The notes under the pieces were generated by a model that saw nothing but the letters and a program-made list of their open reading frames with translations, searched no databases and had not been told where the DNA came from. This document shows positions 20,081-29,875 of a stretch of 64,000 bases of DNA, piece after piece. The translations under genes were made by a program, and so were the position numbers. The stretch's first letter is position 1. Each line of letters opens with the position of its first letter. The DNA comes from a virus (taxonomy: Duplodnaviria; Caudoviricetes): IMG/VR virus record IMGVR_UViG_3300011008_000177, positions 2,230-66,229 of that record. The stretch is one strand, 5' to 3'.

Positions 20081-21460
20081 ATGTCAATTAATAATAATTT
20101 AAATGGATATAAATTTGAAAGAGCCCAGATGTGGTGGTGGCATGATCCTACATATCAAAATAAAGCAAATAATATAGCAATGCCAAAAGGTGAAGCTGTT
20201 TGTAGACATGATCGTCCGGTAATTATTATACAAGATCAGTCAACTATAGAAACTGGTTCTGTATTGGTAGTTCCATGTTCTTCAAGTACAAGAAGTAAAT
20301 GCGACTTAGCAATTACTGATCCAGAAATTCAACGTTCATACACAGTTACATATTTAAGATGTGATAAAATCATGTCTGTTGACGTAAATCAATTATCACG
20401 TTACATGTTAACATTGAATGAAGAAACAATGGAAAGATTGGAACAAAAAATTGCAAAATTAATATTTCCAAATTTAAAATATGATTGGAATGATAATAAG
20501 AAAGTATATTACGACGATAAAAATATTCGTCATATTAAAAGTACACAGTTAACAAGAATCAAATTATACAGTAAAGATACCATTGATGAAATTCCTCATT
20601 CAAAATGGAATGAAAAGAAAATAAAAGAATTCTGTGAAGATTATATCAATCATCCATTATGGATGGTATCGGAAAAATATAATTTATCTGAATTAGGATG
20701 TACTAAATTATTTTATAATTGGAGAGATTTTTGTGATAATCCAGAAATCATTAATTATAATAAAGCAATTAAATGGACTCCTGAACAGAAGGCAGCTTTA
20801 GTAAAATTATATTATGAAAAAGGCTGTTCCACATGTATGGAAGAATATGGATTGAGTAAATCAACAATAAGAGGATATGTTTCTAAATTTAAAGAACGAC
20901 ATCCAAAATTAGAAAAGATTGAAGAAGTTGAGATTACCTCATTACCATTTCCTGATTTACAATATGCTGCAGAAAATGTAATTTGGTTCTCGAATATTAT
21001 TACAAAAACATGCAAAGCATTTGATATGTATCATTCTGTATATACAAATTACAGATTGAAGAATTCACAATCATTAACACCTGAAGGATTTTATTCAATA
21101 TTGAGAAATGCAATTAATGATGGAATATTGAGTGCTCTCAATATAATTAAAATGCAAGATAATAGTTTATATGTACAAGAGATCTTGCCGAATGATAAAT
21201 ACATAAATAGTTGGAAATTATTGGATATTTGTAAAGATGATTTGATTCCACAAACATCATCAGATGGTGTAAATTTAATGAAAGAATGTAGGCGATTATA
21301 TGGAAATAAAATTGCACTTCATGTTGATATAATAAATGAAATTAGAAGATTTTTACATTCAAATTTAACAATTGCTCCTGCGGGAATTAATATGGTATAT
21401 AATACACTAATAAACATTTATTGTGATCCTGATGAAGTTAATAAATTAAAAACAAAATAA
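20081..21460 (+). CDS. PemK/MazF-like domain fused to tandem HTH motifs and an unknown C-terminal domain
   Basis: HDRPVIIIQ, VLVVPCSS, CDKIMSVDVNQL and MERLEQKIAKLI match the MazF fold pattern; KWNEKKIKEF..KYNLS and KWTPEQKAAL..EYGLSKSTI are HTH-like. Confidence 0.65.
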   Translation: MSINNNLNGYKFERAQMWWWHDPTYQNKANNIAMPKGEAVCRHDRPVIIIQDQSTIETGSVLVVPCSSSTRSKCDLAITDPEIQRSYTVTYLRCDKIMSVDVNQLSRYMLTLNEETMERLEQKIAKLIFPNLKYDWNDNKKVYYDDKNIRHIKSTQLTRIKLYSKDTIDEIPHSKWNEKKIKEFCEDYINHPLWMVSEKYNLSELGCTKLFYNWRDFCDNPEIINYNKAIKWTPEQKAALVKLYYEKGCSTCMEEYGLSKSTIRGYVSKFKERHPKLEKIEEVEITSLPFPDLQYAAENVIWFSNIITKTCKAFDMYHSVYTNYRLKNSQSLTPEGFYSILRNAINDGILSALNIIKMQDNSLYVQEILPNDKYINSWKLLDICKDDLIPQTSSDGVNLMKECRRLYGNKIALHVDIINEIRRFLHSNLTIAPAGINMVYNTLINIYCDPDEVNKLKTK

Positions 21461-21463
21461 TAT

Positions 21464-21494
21464 TAATGAGATCCAATATAATTGGATCTCATTA
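21464..21494. terminator. Hairpin between convergent genes
   Basis: taatgagatccaat...attggatctcatta, 14-bp stem. Confidence 0.7.
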
Positions 21495-21505
21495 TTTTTT
21501 TATTA

Positions 21506-21775
21506 TTAAATTTCAATTTGTTCTCCAAATAAATCTTCCATTTCATCCATTGGAACATATTCATTTTTAAATGCTTCTTCATCAATTTCTTGTTGTACAG
21601 TTGCATATACATTTGATAACATTTCTTGTGTTATTTCTTTCATTTGTTGAAATCTGTTTCTATCATCTTCGTTAATGTTAGAATCTAATACTTCATTAAT
21701 ATCACTTAATGCAGAATCAAATTTTAGTACAATTTGTTTTAAAATTCCTAATGGTAATTTATATTCATTATTCAT
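21506..21775 (-). CDS. Small acidic hypothetical protein
   Basis: 89-aa ORF with AAGGAG RBS. Confidence 0.6.
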   Translation of the reverse strand: MNNEYKLPLGILKQIVLKFDSALSDINEVLDSNINEDDRNRFQQMKEITQEMLSNVYATVQQEIDEEAFKNEYVPMDEMEDLFGEQIEI

Positions 21776-21861
21776 TATTAGAACAACTCCTTGTTTTCAT
21801 AATTATATATTATGAGAATAATGGAAAATAATTTTATATTTTTAATGAGGTGTTTAAGAGC

Positions 21862-22825
21862 AATGAAATATAATTATTTAGATATGGAACCTTATGTTCC
21901 AAATAATGAAATATTAGAAGATGCATATTTTATTGATAATGAATGGTTTTATAGATATTATCATAAAAATAATCTGGATAAACCAACTAGAATATTTGGA
22001 TCAAAAAGTGGAAGAATATGGAGAGAAAATAGAAATAAAATAGTACATGGGACTTATGATAAAGATGGATATTTACATTTATCTATACTAATCTCGAAAA
22101 ATAAGAAAAAGCATTTAAAAAATCATAGAGTAATTTGCATGATATTTCATCCGGAATCATATAATGATGAATTACAAGTAAATCATATCAATGGAATAAA
22201 AGATGATAATAGAGCTGAAAATTTGGAATGGTGTACTAATTTAGAAAATATAAAACATTCATGCATAACTGGTCTTAGTCCAGCATTTAAATATCCTGAT
22301 GAAATAATTCATAAAATGTGTAAAATGTTAAAATATGAAAATAAATCAATGGTGGAAGTTTCCAAAGAATTAAATATTCCACTTCGCGTAATTTCTTCAA
22401 TAGTGGTTAATAAATCAAGTAGACAAGATATAGCTAAAGTATATGAACCATTCCCAGATACCATCTATATTAGAATACAAGATAACCATTCTGATGAAAT
22501 AATTCATAAAATGTGTAAAATGTTAAAATATGAAAATAAATCAATGTCGGAAGTTTCCAAAGAATTAAATATTCCATATAATACTATATTTGATTTAATT
22601 AATCATAAAGATAAAAGAAAGGATATAATTAATCAATATAAACCTTTCCCTGATACAATTTATGTACATAAATTTCATTTATCAAACAAAGAAAAAAGTG
22701 AAATTTTCAACATGTATTACAATCAAAAAATCTCATATGAAGAAATAATTGAGAAATTAAACTTAGCAACATCTGTTAATGCATTAAGAGCCATGATTCA
22801 TTATTATAAAAATAATCAAAAGTAA
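21862..22825 (+). CDS. Freestanding HNH homing endonuclease with duplicated C-terminal HTH module
   Basis: ATG 21862 after GAGGTG (track start 21812). NHRVICMIF, VNHINGIKDDNRAENLEWCTNLENIKH; two copies of DEIIHKMCKMLKYENKSMxEVSKELNIP. Confidence 0.88.
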
Positions 22826-22831
22826 ATAATT

Positions 22832-22870
22832 AATATCGATATGATAGATAATATCTATCATATCGATATT
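22832..22870. terminator. Long hairpin between convergent genes
   Basis: aatatcgatatgatagat...atctatcatatcgatatt, ~18-bp stem. Confidence 0.7.
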
Positions 22871-22879
22871 TTATATTTT

Positions 22880-25159
22880 TTACATACTAATGACCTTGAG
22901 CTTTATACTTTTTGGTCTATAAATTTCAACTCTTGAATTTCCCCAATTTTTTAATTGAGTAGAAGCTTTATCAATTACATCGTAAAAGTAGACATCTCGA
23001 CCATCATCACGTCTACGTGTTCGATAATAGATCTGGAGCGTCAGTATCCAGCTTTTCATTGGGCTAAACATATATGTTTTACTGAGCCCTATCTTGTCAA
23101 AGCCAGTACCACAACTTGATGGTGTGGACACTAATATGTCTGATTCTATTTTATTTTTTTGATTTTCTGCTTTTGATTGTAATGAATTTATAGTACCAAT
23201 TTTTTTATTTGGGAATACAGCTTTTAAATGTTCTATCATAACTTTACATGTTTTTATTGTTGGTAATAATACAAGACTGGATCCATATGGACATTCCTTT
23301 TCACCCATTTGTACAACTTTGATTAAAGTTTTTACAAATGGAGTCATTCTTCCGTCGGATGGAATAACTAAATTCATATATTGTCCAATATTGATTCCAT
23401 ACCTAACCCACATACCTTCTCTTTCAGAATATACTTTACTTGTATTAATAGCTTTAATCTGTTCTCCCGATAAACCTGAAGATGTCCATATTATTCTTGT
23501 TTGATGGTATGGCTTCTGACCATATATATTACCTGGTCTTCGGTCCCAAAAGGTTGGAGTTTTCATTTTCTCTCTGAATATTTCGATGTCACCAAACATT
23601 TTTTGATATAAATTATTTTCAACCTCATCAGAACGTCCGAATGTACCTGTTAAAAATATAGTATTTTTAATATTTGAACATGATTCAATCATTATAATAT
23701 TTTTAAAAAACATCTGACACTCATCAACTATTGTAATACCAAATCTATTATTTTTTAAAATTTTTTCTAGATCATAATTTTTATTTATTGATGATAGTGA
23801 AGCATGTGATACAACTACAAAATCAGCATCACAATTAACAAAATCTCGTGGTGAATTTATAACCTTTACTCTAGATTGAGAAACATTAAACATTTTTGTT
23901 AATGTTTCTCCCCATTGAACTTTAATGGAAGAAGTTGGAACTACGATTAAAGTTTTCATTTGTGTCTTAATCGCAATGTAACATGCCATAAAAGTATTAT
24001 GAGTAACTATAAAATCATCTGTAAGATATAAATGTTCAGGTGAATCAATATATAAGCATCTACTATTTTCTCTACCAATTAATTTTATATCTTTTATCAA
24101 TAAACAATCTCTAAAATTATCATTACCATAATTAATAGCTTTCAATGCTATTTCTTTCTTTGATTGTAAAGTAAATAATTTATGTTTTTCATTATTTGGT
24201 ATTTTAATAAATAAAGTATTATTTTCGATATCAATATTTCCATCCCAACCCAAACTTCTAACAATTTCTAATATCTGATCTAATAATTTTTTAAATGTTG
24301 ATGAATATGATATTTCAAAATCATCTTCTGTAATATTACCACTACTATCCATCAATCCTTGTAATAAAGATAATCTAATAGTTTTATCATTATATATATA
24401 ATTATCAGGTATTATTAAATTATCTTTATAAGATTCAATTCCAATAGATGTTCCTAAAGTATATGGATCAATTGATACTTTTTTAGAAGGATATTCTACT
24501 GGATCAGATAATCTAGGAATATAATATTTAATATCAGATTTATTAAAATTATTTATTATTTCTTTAAGAATTACTGGATGATATTCTTCATTGTATGATG
24601 TCTTCACATACCATAGATGCTCTAATCCACATTTAACTTTACATTCATTATCGAATGTAATTCCATAAACATCTTTTTCTCCCTGTTCATATATTTGAGA
24701 TATTTTTTGTGGTTCACCATGAGCTCCAAATACATAATCTCCAACTTTGAGTTCTCCCATTGTAGTCCAACCATTTGGTGTTGGAATTCGTGCTGAGTAC
24801 GGTTCTTCTTTTCCGCTTCCACATCCTAAGATACCTGCAATTTTTTGACCTTTATTAATTTTATCCAATGCAAAATTTATAAAATCTTTTTGTAATTGAT
24901 TTCTAGGTTCTGCATTATGATTTACTGGTTGAATTGTATTATATGGCCAATATGAATTTGTATCATCTTTAAATATTGCTTTTGGAAATTTTTCTTTTAA
25001 ACTTTGTTCAAAACCTGGTGGTATTCCTATAGTGCCTTTGTCTTGATCATAGTATAGATATACATTATCCATCTTAGCCACATAATTTTCAATTCTTTCT
25101 TTTTCTCTATCTGTATAATCTGATATAAGTAGTCTTGTTCTTTGTTTTAAAATTTCCAT
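22880..25159 (-). CDS. Superfamily 2 (UvsW-like) helicase containing an intein
   Basis: Walker A GCGSGK|T split by the intein, LIVVPT (Ia), IVDECQ (II), FLTGT (III), LVSTPSSCGTGFD (V), LQIYYRTRR (VI). Confidence 0.85.
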   Translation of the reverse strand: MEILKQRTRLLISDYTDREKERIENYVAKMDNVYLYYDQDKGTIGIPPGFEQSLKEKFPKAIFKDDTNSYWPYNTIQPVNHNAEPRNQLQKDFINFALDKINKGQKIAGILGCGSGKEEPYSARIPTPNGWTTMGELKVGDYVFGAHGEPQKISQIYEQGEKDVYGITFDNECKVKCGLEHLWYVKTSYNEEYHPVILKEIINNFNKSDIKYYIPRLSDPVEYPSKKVSIDPYTLGTSIGIESYKDNLIIPDNYIYNDKTIRLSLLQGLMDSSGNITEDDFEISYSSTFKKLLDQILEIVRSLGWDGNIDIENNTLFIKIPNNEKHKLFTLQSKKEIALKAINYGNDNFRDCLLIKDIKLIGRENSRCLYIDSPEHLYLTDDFIVTHNTFMACYIAIKTQMKTLIVVPTSSIKVQWGETLTKMFNVSQSRVKVINSPRDFVNCDADFVVVSHASLSSINKNYDLEKILKNNRFGITIVDECQMFFKNIIMIESCSNIKNTIFLTGTFGRSDEVENNLYQKMFGDIEIFREKMKTPTFWDRRPGNIYGQKPYHQTRIIWTSSGLSGEQIKAINTSKVYSEREGMWVRYGINIGQYMNLVIPSDGRMTPFVKTLIKVVQMGEKECPYGSSLVLLPTIKTCKVMIEHLKAVFPNKKIGTINSLQSKAENQKNKIESDILVSTPSSCGTGFDKIGLSKTYMFSPMKSWILTLQIYYRTRRRDDGRDVYFYDVIDKASTQLKNWGNSRVEIYRPKSIKLKVISM
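23996..24808 (-). mobile_element. Class-3 intein (271 aa) with degenerate LAGLIDADG domain
   Basis: Starts EEPYSARIPTPNGWTTMGELKVGDYV and ends FIVTHN with +1 Thr. WCT signature (EHLW, RCLYI, VTHN); LAGLIDADG remnants DPYTLGTSIG and LLQGLMDSSG. Confidence 0.88.
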
Positions 25160-25290
25160 CTTATCACTTCCTATGAAAATTCAAATAAATAATAATATTA
25201 ATCAGTTAAATTAACATTGAGTTTTGATTACGACCCTTTAATAATTTTGAATTATATATTATATTGAATAAGAAAAGAGGTTTGAATAAT

Positions 25291-28200
25291 ATGAATCATA
25301 ATAATCAAATTAAAATTGATAATTCATATGAATCTGCAATAAAAGATGGTAAGTGGAAGGCTCCTGGAAAAGAATTATATGATGAAATAATAAAACTTGG
25401 AAATAGTAAGAAAATAAAAAAATTATTGGATGAAATATGGTTATCTCATGAAAAGGAACATATTCCTAGTAATGATGAAAGATATTATATTCCATTTACA
25501 ACGGCAAATTGTAAATATCCACATCATGTTATTAGTAAAGGAAAATTAGTCTTAAGTATTCCAGGTGTAAAGGCTGCATATATGAGAGCTTGTCAAACTG
25601 GAGTAATTAAAGATAGTAAAGTAAAAAATCATTTAAAAAAACATTTTAAAGAATTAAATTTAGAAATGAATGAAAAATTGTTAGCTGAGTGTAAAATTGA
25701 AGAAAACATGAATGGATTACTTGATTATTTAGGTATTTCTTTAAATGAAGATTATAGTGAAAATGAATTACCGAATACTTTAGATAAAGCTTTGGATAAT
25801 ATTGAAAATATTGTATATAATGAAAATAATATGGAAGATTTATCAAATAATGGAAAACAAATATTAAAAAATAATACAGTTAAATATGAAAATGTTAATT
25901 CATTTACTAATTTATTTACATGGATGGATAATATTCAAAATGGCTACAAAAATAATGAAAATAAAATAATTACATTAATATATGAATATGCGTCTATGAA
26001 TATGATTCATCCCAGTTATGAAAAAATAAATAAAATATTTCGTGATCTATACACTAAATATAGATTACAAAGTCCAATGGAACTTTTAGAATCAAAGAAT
26101 GGATTATTACCAGATAAAATAGAATTTTTAAGAGAATATTGTATTGAAAATAATATTAATTTTGATATATATAATATTCAATTAGAAAAATCTCTTAATA
26201 AAGAAAATCATTCAATATTAGTAATTTATGAAAATGATAATTTTTATTGGGTAGAAAATAATTGGGATAAATATAAAGGAATTTATGAATATTCTGATTT
26301 ATATCATTTATTAGCAGATATAAATTTTAAATTTAAATCATCTCATAAATATAATGGAAAATCAGTTATTCATAGATTAGATAATATTCCAAAGTTTGGT
26401 ATATCATATAATGAATATCTTGATTATATTAATGAACAAGAAATAATAGAATTAAACGAATTGAAAGAGTTTTCTAATATTGATGATTTAAATGAATATT
26501 CTCTAAATAAAAATTACAGTGAAAATAATATGGAATATTTTACTGAAATGAAAACTAAAGTAGAATATGCTCTAGAAAGATTCAAAAAGAAATATAATTA
26601 TGATGATAAAACAAAAACAATGATTGTTGATGGTAAAGAATATTATGTTAATTTGGATATTAAAGATCCTTATATAAGAAATGTTTTTGGAAAAGTACCG
26701 AAACAAATTAGTGTTATGTTATCGAGAGATAATAAATATGTTGTAATATTACCAAAAATGTTTTTTGAATTAAAAGATGATAATCGACGTGATGCAATTT
26801 TACATCATGAATTAGGACATATTAATCCAGTAAAAGTTAATATGTCATTGAAAGAATACGAAAAAGGTGGCCATATTAATATAGATGAATTTTTAGCTGA
26901 TATAAATTCTATAAATAAAGTTGATGTTAAATATTGGAAACGAGGATTACGTGAATCACTTCATAAAACAGCTAAATCAATTATTGATAATCTTAATAAA
27001 TTTTCTATTGATGATCTTACAAAAATTTATACACAGCTGACATTAAATAAAATACCAGCATTTGAAGAATTTGATAAATATAAAGAATTTGTTAATCGTA
27101 ATAAAGATAAAGTAATTAAGAAAATAATAGCTATTGCTAATACAAGAAATACAGATGATTATTTAACTAGATTAAAAGTTATCGAAAAATATCTATCTGC
27201 AGGTGGAAAGAAATTGTTAATGGAATATACTAATTTTGATGACTTATATGAAGCCCCCGATATTATCCCGATACAATCTGGTAATGAATCATCCAAATCA
27301 TTAGATAATAAATCTCATAATTATTTTTATCATATAATTTCAAAAGATTTCAATGATGATAAAATTACAAGTTTAGAATATCAATATCATCATGATAAAA
27401 AATTATATCATGAGAATAGTGAAAAATATAGAGATAGGTTATGTTATGGATGGAATATCTATCCAGATAGAGAGCCTGATGACTTAACTGATGATGAAGT
27501 TCATGAAGGAATTAATAAATTTAGAAAATCTGAAGATGGGTGTAATCAAATATATTTCTTTAAATATCCACCCTATAGAAGATTAGGATTTAAAATAACA
27601 AGTATAATGAATGAACATAAAATCTATAGAATTGATATTAATGATCCAAGAATAAAAGATTATATTAAATATATTGATTGGGGCTTTGATTTTTCAACAC
27701 CCAATGATGATAGATTGAATAAAGAATACTATTTAAATGTGACACCTAAAGAATATTTTTCAAAATATGATGATAATAATGAAAACATGCCTGTCTTTGC
27801 ATTTTTTAATCATATATCAATAGTATTTAAAGATGGATATCTTCCAATTAAGTTGTGTAAAGAAATACCAACACCAAATACTTTAGAAGATGTCATTTCA
27901 ATAGAATCTAAGAATGAAAATATAAATGAAAGTAAAGAATATTCAAAACCATTTGAAGAAATTAAAACTCCTGAAGAATTATTAAAGTGGATGAGTCCAA
28001 TTAAATATGGATGGATTGATAAATTTGGTAAAGCTAATTATGATTCCAATGGATATGATATGGATAAACATTATAAATTACAATCTGCAGAAGAAGTTGC
28101 TAAAAATAAAATTGGTATTTGTTGGGATCAATGTATATTAGAAAAAGCTTGGTTTGATCAAACCATTGGATGTAAAATATATTTCATTGATTTATATAGT

Positions 28201-29145
28201 GATGAGTTTTATCATCAAACACATTCATTTATTGTGTATCAAGAAAATGGTAAATATATTTGGTTTGAACATTCATGGGATAAATTTAGAGGTATTCATA
28301 AATATAAATCATTTAATGATTTAATGGAAGATGTTAAAAAGAAATTTTCTGATTATTATAAAAAGAAAGATAAAATTAATAAATTTAAACATATATTTAT
28401 TTCAGAAATTACAAATGTCAAACCAGGATTAACAGCTCAAGAATATATGAAATATGCATATAAAAAAGGAAAACCAATTCATGAACATCATGAAGGAAAA
28501 CTTGAATTACCAAAAGATGATCCTATAAATGAATCATTGAGAATGATCGAAGAATTTGATTTAAATAAAATATATTTGGAAGTGGGTGAAAATGATTCTG
28601 ATAAAACTGTAACTGATCAAACTACTGTCAATGATGAAGTTGAAGATAACAAAGAATCTTTTCCAAAGAAAATTGATAAAGCTGAATCTAATAAAAATGG
28701 TGTTAGAAGAAAAGCTTTGTATATAGCATTCATAGAATGGTCTAAAAAATATGACCACCGGAATACATTTAGTTCGTTATTTGATAAGGACATTTTTCAT
28801 CAGACATTTCCTTTTGTTCCAGAATCTATGAGATATTTTTATAGATTGGCAAATCCTCAAAGATGTGTTTTAGCAGGTAATTTAACATTCTTTCCAGTAA
28901 ATAGATTAAAGGAAGTAAATAGTAAAAATACTAAATTATCTGAAATGATGATATTTGCTTCAACACTAGAAGATCTTAGAATTTTTAACATTAAAGATGG
29001 AAAAGTTTATAAAGGAAAAGAAGAAAATAATAATATTGTTTTGGGCGATTTATTATCCAATTCATTTGATTTATATTTACAAAGTATGATTGCTCAGGGA
29101 GATATTTTGAATAAACCATTAAATGAAAATACCATTGGTATATAA
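25291..29145 (+). CDS. Large multidomain protein (transglutaminase-like domain x2, HExxH zincin, other domains)
   Basis: Probable ATG 25291 after AGAGG (track start 25264). ILHHELGH..EFLAD; GICWDQ..HQTHSF..WFEHSWDKF, with an earlier degenerate copy ENHSILV..WVENNWDKY. Confidence 0.6.
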   Translation: MNHNNQIKIDNSYESAIKDGKWKAPGKELYDEIIKLGNSKKIKKLLDEIWLSHEKEHIPSNDERYYIPFTTANCKYPHHVISKGKLVLSIPGVKAAYMRACQTGVIKDSKVKNHLKKHFKELNLEMNEKLLAECKIEENMNGLLDYLGISLNEDYSENELPNTLDKALDNIENIVYNENNMEDLSNNGKQILKNNTVKYENVNSFTNLFTWMDNIQNGYKNNENKIITLIYEYASMNMIHPSYEKINKIFRDLYTKYRLQSPMELLESKNGLLPDKIEFLREYCIENNINFDIYNIQLEKSLNKENHSILVIYENDNFYWVENNWDKYKGIYEYSDLYHLLADINFKFKSSHKYNGKSVIHRLDNIPKFGISYNEYLDYINEQEIIELNELKEFSNIDDLNEYSLNKNYSENNMEYFTEMKTKVEYALERFKKKYNYDDKTKTMIVDGKEYYVNLDIKDPYIRNVFGKVPKQISVMLSRDNKYVVILPKMFFELKDDNRRDAILHHELGHINPVKVNMSLKEYEKGGHINIDEFLADINSINKVDVKYWKRGLRESLHKTAKSIIDNLNKFSIDDLTKIYTQLTLNKIPAFEEFDKYKEFVNRNKDKVIKKIIAIANTRNTDDYLTRLKVIEKYLSAGGKKLLMEYTNFDDLYEAPDIIPIQSGNESSKSLDNKSHNYFYHIISKDFNDDKITSLEYQYHHDKKLYHENSEKYRDRLCYGWNIYPDREPDDLTDDEVHEGINKFRKSEDGCNQIYFFKYPPYRRLGFKITSIMNEHKIYRIDINDPRIKDYIKYIDWGFDFSTPNDDRLNKEYYLNVTPKEYFSKYDDNNENMPVFAFFNHISIVFKDGYLPIKLCKEIPTPNTLEDVISIESKNENINESKEYSKPFEEIKTPEELLKWMSPIKYGWIDKFGKANYDSNGYDMDKHYKLQSAEEVAKNKIGICWDQCILEKAWFDQTIGCKIYFIDLYSDEFYHQTHSFIVYQENGKYIWFEHSWDKFRGIHKYKSFNDLMEDVKKKFSDYYKKKDKINKFKHIFISEITNVKPGLTAQEYMKYAYKKGKPIHEHHEGKLELPKDDPINESLRMIEEFDLNKIYLEVGENDSDKTVTDQTTVNDEVEDNKESFPKKIDKAESNKNGVRRKALYIAFIEWSKKYDHRNTFSSLFDKDIFHQTFPFVPESMRYFYRLANPQRCVLAGNLTFFPVNRLKEVNSKNTKLSEMMIFASTLEDLRIFNIKDGKVYKGKEENNNIVLGDLLSNSFDLYLQSMIAQGDILNKPLNENTIGI

Positions 29146-29236
29146 AATAAAAATATTTATATATTATAATAATGAATATGAATATAACACAACTAATTAT
29201 TTTCATATATCATTACAAATAAAGGAGTAAGTTAAT

Positions 29237-29419
29237 ATGGAAGCAATTTTAAATACTAATGAAATTACAATCAATAGATGTTTTGAGGATTTGGGGTCGG
29301 ATCCCCTAGATGATATAATAATTGTCATACCGATAATTGTCTTATTTAAACAAATTGGTTATGAGAGAGAAGCTCTCATAATGAATCTCAAAACAAAGGA
29401 ATTGTTAGAAACATATTAA
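29237..29419 (+). CDS. Small hypothetical protein
   Basis: 60-aa ORF with AAGGAG RBS, followed by a palindromic terminator-like element. Confidence 0.55.
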   Translation: MEAILNTNEITINRCFEDLGSDPLDDIIIVIPIIVLFKQIGYEREALIMNLKTKELLETY

Positions 29420-29423
29420 TTAT

Positions 29424-29461
29424 AATTACCATAACCTCTCATATGAGAGGTTATGGTAATT
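29424..29461. repeat. Perfect 38-bp palindrome (terminator-like)
   Basis: aattaccataacctctcat|atgagaggttatggtaatt with no loop. Confidence 0.9.
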
Positions 29462-29529
29462 CACCGTATATTCTCTTTTTTTAAGTATATATTATAATTG
29501 TGAATAAATAAGAAAGGAAGTAATTCACA

Positions 29530-29781
29530 ATGAAAACATTTGTAAATTTAATGATCACATTATTTGTTTTAAGCACCACAGCACTTTATGCATTCCTTGG
29601 CATTGAAATGTTCAACATTTCAATGATCTCGGAGATTTCTGCGTTTTATCGTGCATGTGCAGTTATTGCATGCGTTGTTTTCTCGATGAGTTTCCTTACG
29701 TGTGTTGTGTATATTCTTCTGTGGGCAGCGCTGATTGCATATTTCAAGGACATAGTCAGCGCCAAAAAGAAACTTGATTAA
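29530..29781 (+). CDS. Small membrane protein (2 TM)
   Basis: Two hydrophobic segments; AAAGGAAG RBS; followed by an intrinsic terminator. Confidence 0.6.
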   Translation: MKTFVNLMITLFVLSTTALYAFLGIEMFNISMISEISAFYRACAVIACVVFSMSFLTCVVYILLWAALIAYFKDIVSAKKKLD

Positions 29782-29791
29782 CAACACAATT

Positions 29792-29823
29792 TGTGAGCGA
29801 AAGCTCACATTTTTTTTTTTTTT
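29792..29823 (+). terminator. Intrinsic terminator
   Basis: tgtgagc-gaaa-gctcaca followed by a long T run. Confidence 0.85.
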
Positions 29824-29875
29824 ATTCATTTTTTTTAACTTTGACAATAATATTTATACATTGAAGGTGAACTAA

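Noticed and set aside
8059-22825. Freestanding nucleases (8059, 12171, 21862) lying inside cryptic group I introns
   Set aside because: No P/Q/R/S core motifs or interrupted host genes flank them; they sit in divergent/convergent intergenic positions bounded by hairpins.
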